A stretch of DNA of 64,000 nucleotides from an uncultured Acidobacteriota bacterium (GTDB lineage Bacteria > Acidobacteriota > Blastocatellia > Pyrinomonadales > Pyrinomonadaceae): the NCBI GenBank assembly GCA_963705225.1, contig OY970060.1:2177819-2241818 (forward strand). The letters run 5' to 3'. Below, piece by piece: positions 36,587 through 46,174 of the stretch. Below the pieces are notes generated by a model. That model worked only from the letters and a program-made list of their open reading frames with translations. It did not search any database and was not told the origin of the DNA. Every line of letters starts with the position of its first letter. The first letter of the stretch is position 1. The position numbers and the translations under genes were made by a program.

Positions 36587-36615
36587 ATATTTTCTTTGTG
36601 TTCTTAGTGTCTTTG
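36587..36615. repeat. Repeat family 4, right copy in inverted orientation; encodes the last six codons (ISPQRH*) of the rhomboid gene
   Basis: Reverse complement is CTCACCACAAAGACACTAAGAACACAAAG, 27/29 identical to the 36130 copy. Confidence 0.75.
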
Positions 36616-37326
36616 TGGTGAGATCCTTCCTAACGCAAATATCTTGATCAGCACCAGCCCGCCGACGAATCCGCCAATGTGCGCCGCGTAAGCTACGCCG
36701 CCGCCCGCGCCGGCAAAATATCCCTGCACGATCTGGAAGACGATCCACAATCCGACCGCGACAAAAGCAGGCACGTTGGTCAGCACCGAATTAAGCATTA
36801 TCACCCGCACCTGGTTATGCGGGAACAGCAGAAGATAGCCGCCCAGCACGCCCGAGATCGCGCCCGAAGCGCCGAGCATCGGGATCACCGAATTGGTATC
36901 CATCGCGATCTGCGCGGCCGCGGCGAGAAGTCCGCAGATGAGATAAAAGACCAGGTAGCGAATGTGACCGATCCGGTCTTCGATATTGTCGCCGAATATC
37001 CAGAGGAAAAGCATATTACCGGCGATATGCATAAATCCGCCGTGCATGAACATCGACGAGAGAAACGTGAGATAGACCGAAAAAGGCGTCGGCTCGAGCA
37101 TGATGCGGCCCAGCGCCTGCCCGGCCGAATCCTTCACGATCTGAATCCCGGCAATATCGACCCCGGTCGTGACTTCGCGCGGCACGAGTGAAAACGCATT
37201 GGTAAAGCCGTCGCTGTAACCCGCGCCCTGCAGCAGCAGAAAGACCAGAATATTTACGGCTATCAGCGCGTAATTTACATACGCCACCGTACTGACCTGC
37301 GTATTGTCGTCGCCAAGTGGAAACAT
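36604..37326 (-). CDS. Rhomboid-family intramembrane serine protease
   Basis: GASGAISGVLGGY (GxSG) and the FMHGGFMHIAGNMLFLW histidine helix. Confidence 0.85.
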   Translation of the reverse strand: MFPLGDDNTQVSTVAYVNYALIAVNILVFLLLQGAGYSDGFTNAFSLVPREVTTGVDIAGIQIVKDSAGQALGRIMLEPTPFSVYLTFLSSMFMHGGFMHIAGNMLFLWIFGDNIEDRIGHIRYLVFYLICGLLAAAAQIAMDTNSVIPMLGASGAISGVLGGYLLLFPHNQVRVIMLNSVLTNVPAFVAVGLWIVFQIVQGYFAGAGGGVAYAAHIGGFVGGLVLIKIFALGRISPQRH

Positions 37327-37334
37327 CTTTTGCC

Positions 37335-38756
37335 TCAGTTCACTTTTACCGGATGAGTCTTAAGCAATTCGTACCCTTCGGAGCGCGCCACATAGGTCGC
37401 CGCCGTAATATCGCCCACCACGTTTAAGGTCGTGCGGCACATATCCAGGATACGGTCCACGCCCAGGATCAGCGCGATCAGCGCCGGATCGACCCCGATC
37501 AGCGCCAGGATGCCGATGATAAAAGGGATCGAAGCGCTGGGAACGCCGGCCGTTCCGACACCGCCGAGGATCGCCAGGTACAGCACCATCAACTGCGTGC
37601 CGAGCGTAAGCTCCACGCCAGCCAGCTGCGCAATAAAGAGCACCGTTATCCCTTCGTACAGCGCGGTGCCGTTTTGGTTGGCGGTCGCCCCGACCGTCAG
37701 GACGAAGCTGTTTATTTCACGCGGAACCCCCAAATTTTCTTCGGAGACGCGCAGCGCGGTCGGCAGCGTCGCATTCGACGAACTGGTGGAAAACGCCGTG
37801 ATGATGACCGTCCAGACGCGCCGGAAAAAATCCAGCGGATTGAGCCCCGACAGGAAATATACCGAGAGCGAATAAACCCCGAACATGTGCAGCGACAATC
37901 CCAGCAGCACGGCGGCGACAAACCAGCCGAGCGCCCCCAGCAGCTCGATCCCGAACTTTGCCATGTTGGTAAAGATCAGGCATGCCACCGCGTACGGCGC
38001 CAGCTTCATGATGATGTCGATGATCTTGGAACTGATCTGAAACAGCGAATCCATCAGATCGACGAATGGCGCTCCCCTCCCTTCTGGCAGTAAGGTGATC
38101 GCGATGCCGATTATCAGCGCGAAAAACATCAGGTGAAGCATGTTCGGATTTTCGCCGCCGCCGAGCGAGTAGATCACGTTTTTCGGCACGATCGTCTTAA
38201 CCACCGACATCAGCGCCGAATCCTGCTGCGCCGATTCCTTGGCTTTTTTCTGGTCCTCGACCTGTTTGCCGGCCGCGGTACCGAATTCCGCCTTCATCTT
38301 GGCGGCGGTTTCTTCGCTAATGCGTTTGCCCGGCTGAATGGTGTTGGCCAGCCCCAGTCCGATGACTACCGAGATCGCGGAAATTATCAGGCAGTAAGCG
38401 AATGACTTCAGCCCGATGCGGCCCAGCTTGCGAATGTCGCCGATGCCGGCGACTCCGATGATCAGCGACGAAAACACCATCGGCACCACGATCATCAGCA
38501 GCATATTCAAAAACAATTGTCCGACCGGCTGAGTGAAATTGCTGATGAACCAATTGAGGTTCTCGTTGTTGTCACCCATGTATTGATGGGCGGCGACCCC
38601 GCCGACGGCGCCGATCAGCAAACCGATCAGCACCTTTGTATGCAGGGCCATCCCTTTTGGCTTGTCCGGCGTCTCGTCGTCGAGATCGGTTCTGAGTTCC
38701 TGTTCAAAAGCGTCGGGCGCAAGCTCATCGTTAGGTTTGTTTTCTTGTTCGCTCAT
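37335..38756 (-). CDS. Dicarboxylate/amino acid:cation symporter (DAACS; GltP/SstT-like)
   Basis: 473 aa polytopic; GTALYEGITVLFIAQ and GVPSASIPFI motifs. Confidence 0.8.
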   Translation of the reverse strand: MSEQENKPNDELAPDAFEQELRTDLDDETPDKPKGMALHTKVLIGLLIGAVGGVAAHQYMGDNNENLNWFISNFTQPVGQLFLNMLLMIVVPMVFSSLIIGVAGIGDIRKLGRIGLKSFAYCLIISAISVVIGLGLANTIQPGKRISEETAAKMKAEFGTAAGKQVEDQKKAKESAQQDSALMSVVKTIVPKNVIYSLGGGENPNMLHLMFFALIIGIAITLLPEGRGAPFVDLMDSLFQISSKIIDIIMKLAPYAVACLIFTNMAKFGIELLGALGWFVAAVLLGLSLHMFGVYSLSVYFLSGLNPLDFFRRVWTVIITAFSTSSSNATLPTALRVSEENLGVPREINSFVLTVGATANQNGTALYEGITVLFIAQLAGVELTLGTQLMVLYLAILGGVGTAGVPSASIPFIIGILALIGVDPALIALILGVDRILDMCRTTLNVVGDITAATYVARSEGYELLKTHPVKVN

Positions 38757-38802
38757 ATTGTTTTTTCTATCGTTTTAGGTAGATCTAAGAAAATTGCTTT
38801 TT

Positions 38803-39669
38803 TTACCGGCCCCATTTCAGCTTGTCCCGCAAAACGTCGAAATAGTTCCGGTTCGGTGGCTGAACCAGGTTAAATGTCGTCGGGCTTTTAACGATCCTGA
38901 CCGTATCGCCGGCCCTCAGCTCGAACCACACCTGCCCGTCCAGGGTCAGCGCGATTTCCTCGTTCGAAGTTTCCACGCTCAATTCTATCAGCGCCTGATC
39001 CGGCACTACAATCGGGCGGTTCGACAGCGTAAAGGGACAGATCGGCGTCAGTACCATCGCCTTCATCGAAGGGTACACGATCGGCCCGCCGGCGGAAAGA
39101 TTATAAGCGGTCGAACCCGTGGGGGTAGCGACGATCAGCCCGTCCGCTCGGAAAGAATTTACAAAATAACCGTTAAGCCGGACGTTTATTTCGATTATCC
39201 GCGCCAGCGCGGCTTTATTGATGACCACGTCGTTGAGCACGCGATTTTTCGAAAGAATTTCGCCGCCGCGCAAATGATGAACGTCGAGTGTGACCCTTTC
39301 ATCGAGGCTGAAATTTCCCGCCAGAACCTGCTCCAGCGCGGGAAACATTTCCTCGATGCGAAACTCGGTCAGATAGCCGAGGCTGCCGTAGTTGATCCCG
39401 AGCACCGGTGTCTCGGCATTGCCCAGCAGCCGCGCGGCCGAGATCATCGTGCCGTCGCCGCCGAGGACGATCACCAGATCGACCTTCGCAATAAATTCTT
39501 CGGTCGGCAGGGTGGGAACCCGGCAAATATCTTCCTCAGCAAGCGATTTGCCGACGAGGTCGATCCCCCGTTCTTTTAACCAGACGGAAAGCTCGCACGC
39601 GGTATCCCACGCCTCCGGATGATTGGGCTTAACAATTACGCCGACGCATTTTATCGCTTTATCAGACAT
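38803..39669 (-). CDS. nadK: NAD(+) kinase
   Basis: GGDGTMISAARLL and NDVVINKAALARIIE motifs. Confidence 0.9.
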   Translation of the reverse strand: MSDKAIKCVGVIVKPNHPEAWDTACELSVWLKERGIDLVGKSLAEEDICRVPTLPTEEFIAKVDLVIVLGGDGTMISAARLLGNAETPVLGINYGSLGYLTEFRIEEMFPALEQVLAGNFSLDERVTLDVHHLRGGEILSKNRVLNDVVINKAALARIIEINVRLNGYFVNSFRADGLIVATPTGSTAYNLSAGGPIVYPSMKAMVLTPICPFTLSNRPIVVPDQALIELSVETSNEEIALTLDGQVWFELRAGDTVRIVKSPTTFNLVQPPNRNYFDVLRDKLKWGR

Positions 39670-39693
39670 GAAAATGTTTTCGACAATGATTCA

Positions 39694-40620
39694 CTAATCG
39701 CCGGGAAACTGCAAGTCTTTCTTTGAGGGTAAGTAAGCAAAAAAATTGCCGGGTTTATATTTACGCGGGAAAAGCCCGAACATTTTCCATTTGACCGCGC
39801 TTTTGATCGGCGCGGCTTCGGGCATCTCCTTCGTAAAACTAAACTTTAAATGCCTGTCGTCTGTCTTGTTTCCGGAAATTATCAAACCGCAGCAGACCTG
39901 GCCGTCACATACGGCATAGGCCGCGATCGCGATACCAAAACCTTTTTTCCGGCCCTGTTCATAGATCTTTTCCGCAAGGTCGTCATTTTCATAAAGCAAG
40001 GGCAATTTCAGCCAAAAAAAGTTGTCGGCTCGATCGTGAGCGCGCGAAAAAGCGTCTTCTTCGAAAACCCAGAGAAGCTCTGCCGGCAAGTCGTTCGCGG
40101 CCAGGAAATTTTGAAATTTTTTAACCGCGTCCGCGAAGGAATTTTCCGCGATCAGGCTCAGGTCTTTTCTAAACCCGAGCTCAGTAGTTTTGTTAATATC
40201 GCGCAATTCTCTCTGCCCCGCAAGAATAAAGCCGAGGCGCTCATACAGCCGGTGAGCTTTGGTAAAACGGGTGTCAGTCCAGAGGATCATTTCCATCGCC
40301 CCCTTTTCCCGGGCCAGATCTATCGCCATTTCCGTCAGTTGCCGTCCCAGGCCGTGTTTTCTAAATTCCGCGGCGACATACAGGCTTTTCAGTTCGGCGG
40401 TGGTTTTGCTCAGCATTTGCAGCGCCGCGGTAGCGACGATCTCTCCGTTTTCTTCGGCCACCCAGAATTCACCGTCGCGGGCGCGAAAATATTCGCCGGG
40501 GGCGAGCAGATATTGCTCTTCGGCGCCGGTATCGAGCACGCAATCGTATTCCGCCCAGACGCCGCCGATCAGCTTTATTATTTGCGACACGTCGGACGGC
40601 GTGACGGGACGAATGTTCAT
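39694..40620 (-). CDS. GNAT-family N-acetyltransferase (two-lobed)
   Basis: YVAAEFRKHGLGRQLTEMAIDLAREKG acetyl-CoA motif A; track start trimmed to MNIRP, whose ATG overlaps the upstream stop by 1 nt. Confidence 0.7.
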   Translation of the reverse strand: MNIRPVTPSDVSQIIKLIGGVWAEYDCVLDTGAEEQYLLAPGEYFRARDGEFWVAEENGEIVATAALQMLSKTTAELKSLYVAAEFRKHGLGRQLTEMAIDLAREKGAMEMILWTDTRFTKAHRLYERLGFILAGQRELRDINKTTELGFRKDLSLIAENSFADAVKKFQNFLAANDLPAELLWVFEEDAFSRAHDRADNFFWLKLPLLYENDDLAEKIYEQGRKKGFGIAIAAYAVCDGQVCCGLIISGNKTDDRHLKFSFTKEMPEAAPIKSAVKWKMFGLFPRKYKPGNFFAYLPSKKDLQFPGD

Positions 40621-41153
40621 CAGCTTAATTTTCCGCCTAATTTTCCGCCTAATTTTTCTAGCCACAGCGGCAGTGGTAGCCACTTAGGCTCTTCGCCATA
40701 AGCGTTTTTATTCAGCGCTTCGATCTTCAGCTCGATCCTGTCCTGTAAAAACTGCGGCGGCAGGTCTTCCCTGTTCTCGTAACAGGCGTGCTGAATACAC
40801 GGCGCGGGCTTGGCTTCGCCGTGAACCAGACAGCCCGATTCTTTTTCAAAAAGCGGGCAGGAAAAAGTCTGCAGGTAAGTATCGCCCGTGTCTTTCAGAT
40901 CGTACCGCGCGATGGTTTTTTTATTTCGCCCGAGGGCGGCGGCGAGTTTTTCTTTTTTCTCCAAAGTGCGCAGGATCGCTTCGGCTTCCAGCCGGGTGAT
41001 ATGGACATTTACAAAATGCTCGTCACGGCAGCATGCGCCCCTGGTTTCGCAGACGCCGCAGTCTTTCGCCTTGAACTCGAAATTCTCACGAATAAACGTC
41101 TGATACGAGTCTTTGGTATTTTTCAGATTTTCTAAAGCGGCTTCTTTTGACAT
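40620..41153 (-). CDS. YkgJ/UPF0153-family Fe-S/zinc-binding protein (CxxCxxxGxCC)
   Basis: CGVCETRGACC cluster motif; track GTG start 41177 trimmed to ATG MSKEAAL; C-terminus GGKLGGKLS encoded by a 12-nt tandem repeat. Confidence 0.65.
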   Translation of the reverse strand: MSKEAALENLKNTKDSYQTFIRENFEFKAKDCGVCETRGACCRDEHFVNVHITRLEAEAILRTLEKKEKLAAALGRNKKTIARYDLKDTGDTYLQTFSCPLFEKESGCLVHGEAKPAPCIQHACYENREDLPPQFLQDRIELKIEALNKNAYGEEPKWLPLPLWLEKLGGKLGGKLS

Positions 41154-41160
41154 AACTTTT

Positions 41161-41189
41161 CTCACCACAAAGAACACTAAGAAAAAGTT
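41161..41189. repeat. Repeat family 4, solo copy (CTCACCACAAAGAACACTAAGAA) in the 5' UTR of the ykgJ-like gene
   Basis: Read directly. Confidence 0.6.
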
Positions 41190-41218
41190 TGCGCATTTTG
41201 TGACTTTTGCGGCTAAGC

Positions 41219-41962
41219 TTATTTTACATTTCCATACAAAGCCAAAAATTCTTTATTTCCATCCGCGCCCAGGATCGGCGATTCGGTCAGCCCCAAATTT
41301 TCAAATCCGTTGTCTGCGGCGGCTGCGTTCACTTCCTTAATCACTCTTTCGTGTTTTTCCGAATCGCGCACGATTCCGCCTTTGCCGACTTCGCCGCGGC
41401 CTACTTCGAACTGCGGTTTTATCAGCACGATCATTTTAGCCTGTTCTTTTAACAAACCCGCCAGCGCGGGAAATATTTTTGTGACCGAAATGAAGGACAC
41501 GTCCATCACCCCCAGATCGAATTTCCCGGCAAAATCTTCCGCCTTTAAGTACCGCGCGTTGACATTTTCGCGCGCATCGACCCGCTCGTCGTTGCGCAGT
41601 TTCCAGGCCAGCTGATTCGTTCCGGCATCGACCGCCGTCACGCTTTTCGCGCCGTGCCGCAGCAGGCAATCGGTAAATCCACCGGTTGACGCCCCGACGT
41701 CCAGGCAGACAAACCCGGCGACTTCCACCCCGAATTCCTGCAGGGCTTTTTCCAGTTTCAACCCGCCGCGGCTGACGTATTTGGTTTCCGCCGCGTCGCC
41801 TTTGACCCGTAATTTCGCTTCCGTTGAAAATTCCTGTGACGGTTTTTCCACGCGCTGCTCGTCCGCCAGCACGACGCCGGCCATCACCAGCGCCTGCGCT
41901 TTGGTGCGGGATTCGGCCAAACCGGCGGCCACCAGAAGTTTATCGATGCGTTCGCGTTTCAT
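41219..41962 (-). CDS. tlyA: TlyA-family 16S/23S rRNA (cytidine-2'-O)-methyltransferase
   Basis: S4-like N-terminus (RIDKLLVAAGLAESRTKA) plus FtsJ-like DVGASTGGFTD motif. Confidence 0.9.
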   Translation of the reverse strand: MKRERIDKLLVAAGLAESRTKAQALVMAGVVLADEQRVEKPSQEFSTEAKLRVKGDAAETKYVSRGGLKLEKALQEFGVEVAGFVCLDVGASTGGFTDCLLRHGAKSVTAVDAGTNQLAWKLRNDERVDARENVNARYLKAEDFAGKFDLGVMDVSFISVTKIFPALAGLLKEQAKMIVLIKPQFEVGRGEVGKGGIVRDSEKHERVIKEVNAAAADNGFENLGLTESPILGADGNKEFLALYGNVK

Positions 41963-42075
41963 TTATCGCGCGTTTCATTTATCGCGTTTCATTAAAAATG
42001 CTAAACCGGAAAGTAAGTAAAACTTTCGCCGCTGTTTTTGTCAAAGCAATATTTAACGTCTAAACTTAACGAAAA

Positions 42076-43044
42076 ATGGATACACAGGCAACAGCAAAGC
42101 CCGGCAAATTCGCCAAATACGCGTGGTTTGTCTGGGGACTGAATTTTCTGGTCATTCTCTGGGGAGTGTTTTTGCGCGCGTCGAAATCCGGTGACGGCTG
42201 CGGCCAGCATTGGCTGACCTGCAACGGGGAGGTTATTCCCTCGGCGCCGGCGCTTAAAACCGTGATCGAATTTTCTCACCGGACGTCCAGCGGCCTGGCT
42301 TTGATCGCCGTCCTGCTGATGTTCATCTGGGCGCTGCGGGCCTATCCGAAAACCGATCCGGTCAGGAAAGCGGCTTTTACTTCGCTCATATTCATCATCA
42401 TCGAAGCCCTGATCGGAGCGGGTTTGGTTCTGACCGGAAATACCGCTGAAGCAAACACTGCCGCGCGCCCTTTGTGGGCCGCCGCGCACCTGATCAATTC
42501 ATTCGCCCTGCTCGGCAGCTTAACTTTTACAGCGTGGTTCGCCGCCGGCGGCAGGCCGTTTTCCCTTAAGGCGCCGCGAAAAATTCTGCTGCTGTTAGCG
42601 ACGGGAACGATCGGCATCCTGCTGGTGGGCATCAGCGGGGTGCTGGTGGCGCTCAGCAACATGCTTTTTCCTTCGGCGACGCTGGCCGAAGGCCTCGCGC
42701 AGGATTTTTCATCTTCGTCGCCTCTTCTGATAAACCTTCGCATCGTTCACCCGATCCTATCCATCGCGCTGGGAATTTACTTATACGGTTTGGCCTTGTG
42801 GATAATAAAGAAATTCCCGGAAGGCGGTTTTTGGCTAAAACGCCTGGCAAACATTCTGAGCGTTTTGATAGTTTTACAATTGATCGCGGGCGCGCTGACC
42901 TATGTCAGCCATGCGCCGATATTGATGCAGTTGGCTCACCTGCTGTTGGCCGACTTGGTCTGGATCGTATTTGTTTTGATGTCGGGAGAATTTTTGGCCG
43001 GGCAAAATGAAATATTTTTATCCTCAAGACACGAAGGGCACTAA
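42076..43044 (+). CDS. ctaA: Heme A synthase (COX15/CtaA family)
   Basis: 8-TM protein with Cys pair GDGCGQHWLTCNG and conserved His in paired helices. Confidence 0.65.
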   Translation: MDTQATAKPGKFAKYAWFVWGLNFLVILWGVFLRASKSGDGCGQHWLTCNGEVIPSAPALKTVIEFSHRTSSGLALIAVLLMFIWALRAYPKTDPVRKAAFTSLIFIIIEALIGAGLVLTGNTAEANTAARPLWAAAHLINSFALLGSLTFTAWFAAGGRPFSLKAPRKILLLLATGTIGILLVGISGVLVALSNMLFPSATLAEGLAQDFSSSSPLLINLRIVHPILSIALGIYLYGLALWIIKKFPEGGFWLKRLANILSVLIVLQLIAGALTYVSHAPILMQLAHLLLADLVWIVFVLMSGEFLAGQNEIFLSSRHEGH

Positions 43045-43078
43045 GTAAAATCCTTAGTGCCCTTCGCTTGGTGGTAAA
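43045..43078. terminator. Perfect 13-bp stem hairpin GAAGGGCACTAAG-loop-CTTAGTGCCCTTC between convergent genes
   Basis: Read directly; no strong T-run, so function as a terminator is uncertain. Confidence 0.45.
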
Positions 43079-43087
43079 TGTCAGAAA

Positions 43088-43486
43088 CTAATTAACCCAC
43101 TCTTCTTCGTATTCCAGGAAGCGTTTTGCCACCCAATCTTTACCGGCTTTTACCGCGGTCTGCTTCCATTTCTTGATGTTTTGCAGTATTGCAAGTGCTG
43201 CGAGGGGTTTCATCGGATCGCGTTCAACCCTGATAACCTCCGCCAAGACCTGAACCAGTTTCTTTTTTTCGTCCATGACCAGCAAGGAAACCTCGCTGCC
43301 CACGGGCGGTAAGACCCGGAAATTTACCAGTGCTCCAGTCTCTCCGATATTTTCCGTAACGCCGTCAACTGAGATCTCTTTTCCTGTCGCTTTATCTTTC
43401 CATTTTGCCCTGACCGGCAATTGAGCTAAAACCCTTTCATGGATCAAAGGTTTAGAATCGTTGATGTACTGCGATAGATACGCCAT
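43088..43486 (-). CDS. PilZ-like small protein (putative)
   Basis: NIGETG resembles the (D/N)xSxxG PilZ motif; weak. Confidence 0.35.
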   Translation of the reverse strand: MAYLSQYINDSKPLIHERVLAQLPVRAKWKDKATGKEISVDGVTENIGETGALVNFRVLPPVGSEVSLLVMDEKKKLVQVLAEVIRVERDPMKPLAALAILQNIKKWKQTAVKAGKDWVAKRFLEYEEEWVN

Positions 43487-43778
43487 TTTGTTCCCTCCTT
43501 GTAGGCAGTTATAAGCTAAATTACCAAAGGCGATGTTGACTTTATTGTTACGTGCAGTGTCCGTTTACCTTACATCAAACATGATTCTGCAGCTTTAAAG
43601 ACAAATATGCCCACAATAAAACTAATGCTCTCACGCGCAAATTTGCAAAAGGTTCCACAAATTCAAAAAACTATTTTGTAATTCTATTCGTAGTTCCTGT
43701 TTTTTCAAATATATATTCGTCAAATTAACACATTCAGGTTAAAATTTTGTTAATTTATTCGATTTTTAGGGAGATTTT

Positions 43779-44195
43779 GTGTCAGAAACTTCTTTAATGG
43801 TGGACAATCAGCAGGGTTTGGATATCAGATCGACCCCGCGCGCCGAAATGGGCCTGTACCCGCTCGATACCTTTATTTATGAATTCCCGGGCCGCGAGGT
43901 TCGCGTAAACTTTGAAATACCTGAGTTTACAGCGATCTGTCCGTTTTCTGATTTCCCGGACTTTGCCGTTATCAGGCTCGAATATGTGCCGAACGAGCGC
44001 TGTATCGAGCTAAAAAGCCTGAAATTGTATATAAATTCTTTTCGCGAGATAAAAATCTTTCACGAACACGTAATAAATGTCATTTTGGAAGATTTTGTTA
44101 AGGCCTGCGACCCGCTGAGCGTGGAGATAGAGGGCGATTTTCATATTCGCGGAAATATCAAAACGACTGTGCGGGCTAATTATAAGAAGAAATAG
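43779..44195 (+). CDS. queF: NADPH-dependent 7-cyano-7-deazaguanine (preQ0) reductase QueF
   Basis: [14 protein letters not shown] ... [14 protein letters not shown] QueF signature; GTG start with AGGGAG SD. Confidence 0.85.
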   Translation: MSETSLMVDNQQGLDIRSTPRAEMGLYPLDTFIYEFPGREVRVNFEIPEFTAICPFSDFPDFAVIRLEYVPNERCIELKSLKLYINSFREIKIFHEHVINVILEDFVKACDPLSVEIEGDFHIRGNIKTTVRANYKKK

Positions 44196-44198
44196 CGG

Positions 44199-44753
44199 TT
44201 AGTGAACGGCCGCGCTCATCACCTGAACGTTCGGTTCCGCCGGAACGTTAGATTCCGAATGCCTCTCAAGCGCCATCAGGATCATTTGCTCGACCTTTAC
44301 CTGTACCTGGCATTCGGGCTGGCTGCAGACCGTCGCCAGTTCGGAAACGACCAGATAGCGCGCCTTGTCGAACATTCGCTGTTCGCGAAAGGAAAGCGAT
44401 TTTTCCAGGTTCAAAAAAGACAGCGCTTTTAACACTTCAGCCGCATCGAAAATGTCGCCTGACTGCATCTTGTCGGAAAACGAACGGTAGCGCTCCTTCC
44501 AGTCCCGGGCAAAAAACTCGAAATCCTGGGCGAGAAACCGCATCAATTTATCGCACTGGTAGGAAGTGATAACGGGCCTGACACCGATATTTTCCGCTCG
44601 TTCCACCGGAACGAAAACCAGGCTGTTATTTTCCAGCAAGCGCAGTGAGTAGAAACTGGTGGAAAAATTGCCGGTTTGTTTATCTTCGATCTTTTCGATC
44701 GTGCCGACGCCGTGATTGGGGTATGAAACTCTTTGTCCAACAGCAAAAAGCAT
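44199..44753 (-). CDS. CarD/CdnL-family RNA-polymerase-binding transcription factor
   Basis: FAVGQRVSYPNHGVGTIEKIE = CarD_CdnL_TRCF N-terminal signature. Confidence 0.8.
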   Translation of the reverse strand: MLFAVGQRVSYPNHGVGTIEKIEDKQTGNFSTSFYSLRLLENNSLVFVPVERAENIGVRPVITSYQCDKLMRFLAQDFEFFARDWKERYRSFSDKMQSGDIFDAAEVLKALSFLNLEKSLSFREQRMFDKARYLVVSELATVCSQPECQVQVKVEQMILMALERHSESNVPAEPNVQVMSAAVH

Positions 44754-44910
44754 GATTTCCTCCTACTATAAGTCATCAAATACAAAGTCGCAGAGGACGG
44801 TTGTTATTAAAAAAATGAGGTTATTTAAAGTTTAGCAAATTATTGCGCGCCGTGGAAGTTATTTTCCGCAGAAAAATGTCAGGGGAATTTAAGGAAGGTG
44901 TAACGCCTGT

Positions 44911-46113
44911 TTAACTCCGGTCGCCGGATGAAGGAGGATTCGAGCGCGGAAGTTCGACGGTAAAGACCGATCCCTTGTCCGCGACGGACCGCACCGCGAT
45001 CTCGCCGCCGTGCAGACGCGCCAGGTGTTTTACGATCGCCAGCCCCAGCCCGGTACCGCCGAGGTCGCGCGAACGGGCTTTGTCGGTGCGGTAAAAACGC
45101 TCGAAAAGCCGGGGCAGATGCTCTTCGGAAATTCCCTCGCCGGTGTCGGCGATATGGATCAGGTCTTTTTCCGCGCCGCGCTCATAGCCGATCGAAACCT
45201 CGCCGCCGGGACGATTGAACTTGATCGCGTTATCCACCAGATTAGTCAGCATCTGCTCCAGCCGGAAAGCGTCGGCCCGCACCCGAACGTCCGCCGGAAT
45301 CTCATTTTTTATCACCAGTTTTTTATCGTCGGCTTTGGCGGCGAGATTCACCAGGATCTCTTTCACCAGCGGAAGCAGGTGGACGCCGCGCGGCTCGATC
45401 GCGATCTTTCCCGCTTCGATCGATGAAAGCTCCAGGATGTCGTCGATCAGGCGGTGCATCCGGCTGGCGTTTTTGCGTATTACATGCAGAAACTGGCGGT
45501 TATGGGCGGCGTCTTCGAGCGCGCCGTCCTCCAGCGTTTCGACAAAAGCGATGATCGACGTCAGCGGCGTGCGCAGCTCATGAGAGACATTCGAGAGAAA
45601 TTCCTGGCGCACCACTTCCAGCCGCTCGAGTTCGGTGATGTCGTAAAAGATCCCGATCGCCTGGCGCTTGCCGTCAATTTCGAGCGGCGCCACCCGCAGG
45701 TCGAAAGCGCGTTTTTCGGAGCCGAAATTTTCCAGTTTTACCTCGGAAAAAGCGCCGGTCGTAAGCGCCTTTTCAAACGCCTCGTGAACGGACAGATCGC
45801 GGATCGCCTCGCTCAGGCGCCGCGGTTCGGGGGTTCCGTTCAGCCGCGGAATAAAGCTCCGCGCCAGCGTGTTATAAGAAGCGATCCTCATATCCTGCCC
45901 GACGATAATGATCCCTTCGCGCAGATTTTTAGTGACCTCCAGGAGAATTTCGGATTTCGAAGGATCGAAGGTTTTTTGTATTTCGGAAAGTTCGGACGAG
46001 GATTTATTTTGACGTCTGCGCCGGATGACAAAGCCGGCGATCCCGAGCCCTGCAATAATTGCAATAATAACGGCCGTTATAATGACAGATTGTGAAAAAA
46101 GAATATCGGCCAT
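44911..46113 (-). CDS. phoR: Sensor histidine kinase, PhoR-like (TM, PAS, HisKA, HATPase)
   Basis: H-box SHELRTPLTSI; N, G1 and G2 boxes; sits downstream of phoB/phoU. Confidence 0.8.
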   Translation of the reverse strand: MADILFSQSVIITAVIIAIIAGLGIAGFVIRRRRQNKSSSELSEIQKTFDPSKSEILLEVTKNLREGIIIVGQDMRIASYNTLARSFIPRLNGTPEPRRLSEAIRDLSVHEAFEKALTTGAFSEVKLENFGSEKRAFDLRVAPLEIDGKRQAIGIFYDITELERLEVVRQEFLSNVSHELRTPLTSIIAFVETLEDGALEDAAHNRQFLHVIRKNASRMHRLIDDILELSSIEAGKIAIEPRGVHLLPLVKEILVNLAAKADDKKLVIKNEIPADVRVRADAFRLEQMLTNLVDNAIKFNRPGGEVSIGYERGAEKDLIHIADTGEGISEEHLPRLFERFYRTDKARSRDLGGTGLGLAIVKHLARLHGGEIAVRSVADKGSVFTVELPRSNPPSSGDRS

Positions 46114-46141
46114 GCCCGTTCACGAAAATAAATTATTACGA

Positions 46142-46174
46142 TGATTATAAGTTTGCCTCTAAAGTCGGGACAAA
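46142..46174 (-). promoter_or_regulatory. Strong sigma70-like promoter for phoR (TTGTCC - 17 nt - TATAAT on the minus strand)
   Basis: Hexamers and spacing read directly, inside the 234-bp phoB-phoR gap. Confidence 0.5.

Noticed and set aside
43045-43078. Perfect 13-bp hairpin containing CACTAAG as another family-4 repeat copy
   Set aside because: It shares only the CACTAAG heptamer with family 4, and the flanks differ. It was treated as an independent terminator-like hairpin.
43487-43778. Possible preQ1 riboswitch upstream of queF (CAAAAAACTA at ~43665)
   Set aside because: No P1 stem complementary to the GGTTCC segment was found, and the motif lies >100 nt from the SD, whereas preQ1-I aptamers act immediately adjacent to the RBS. 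Likely chance AT-rich sequence.
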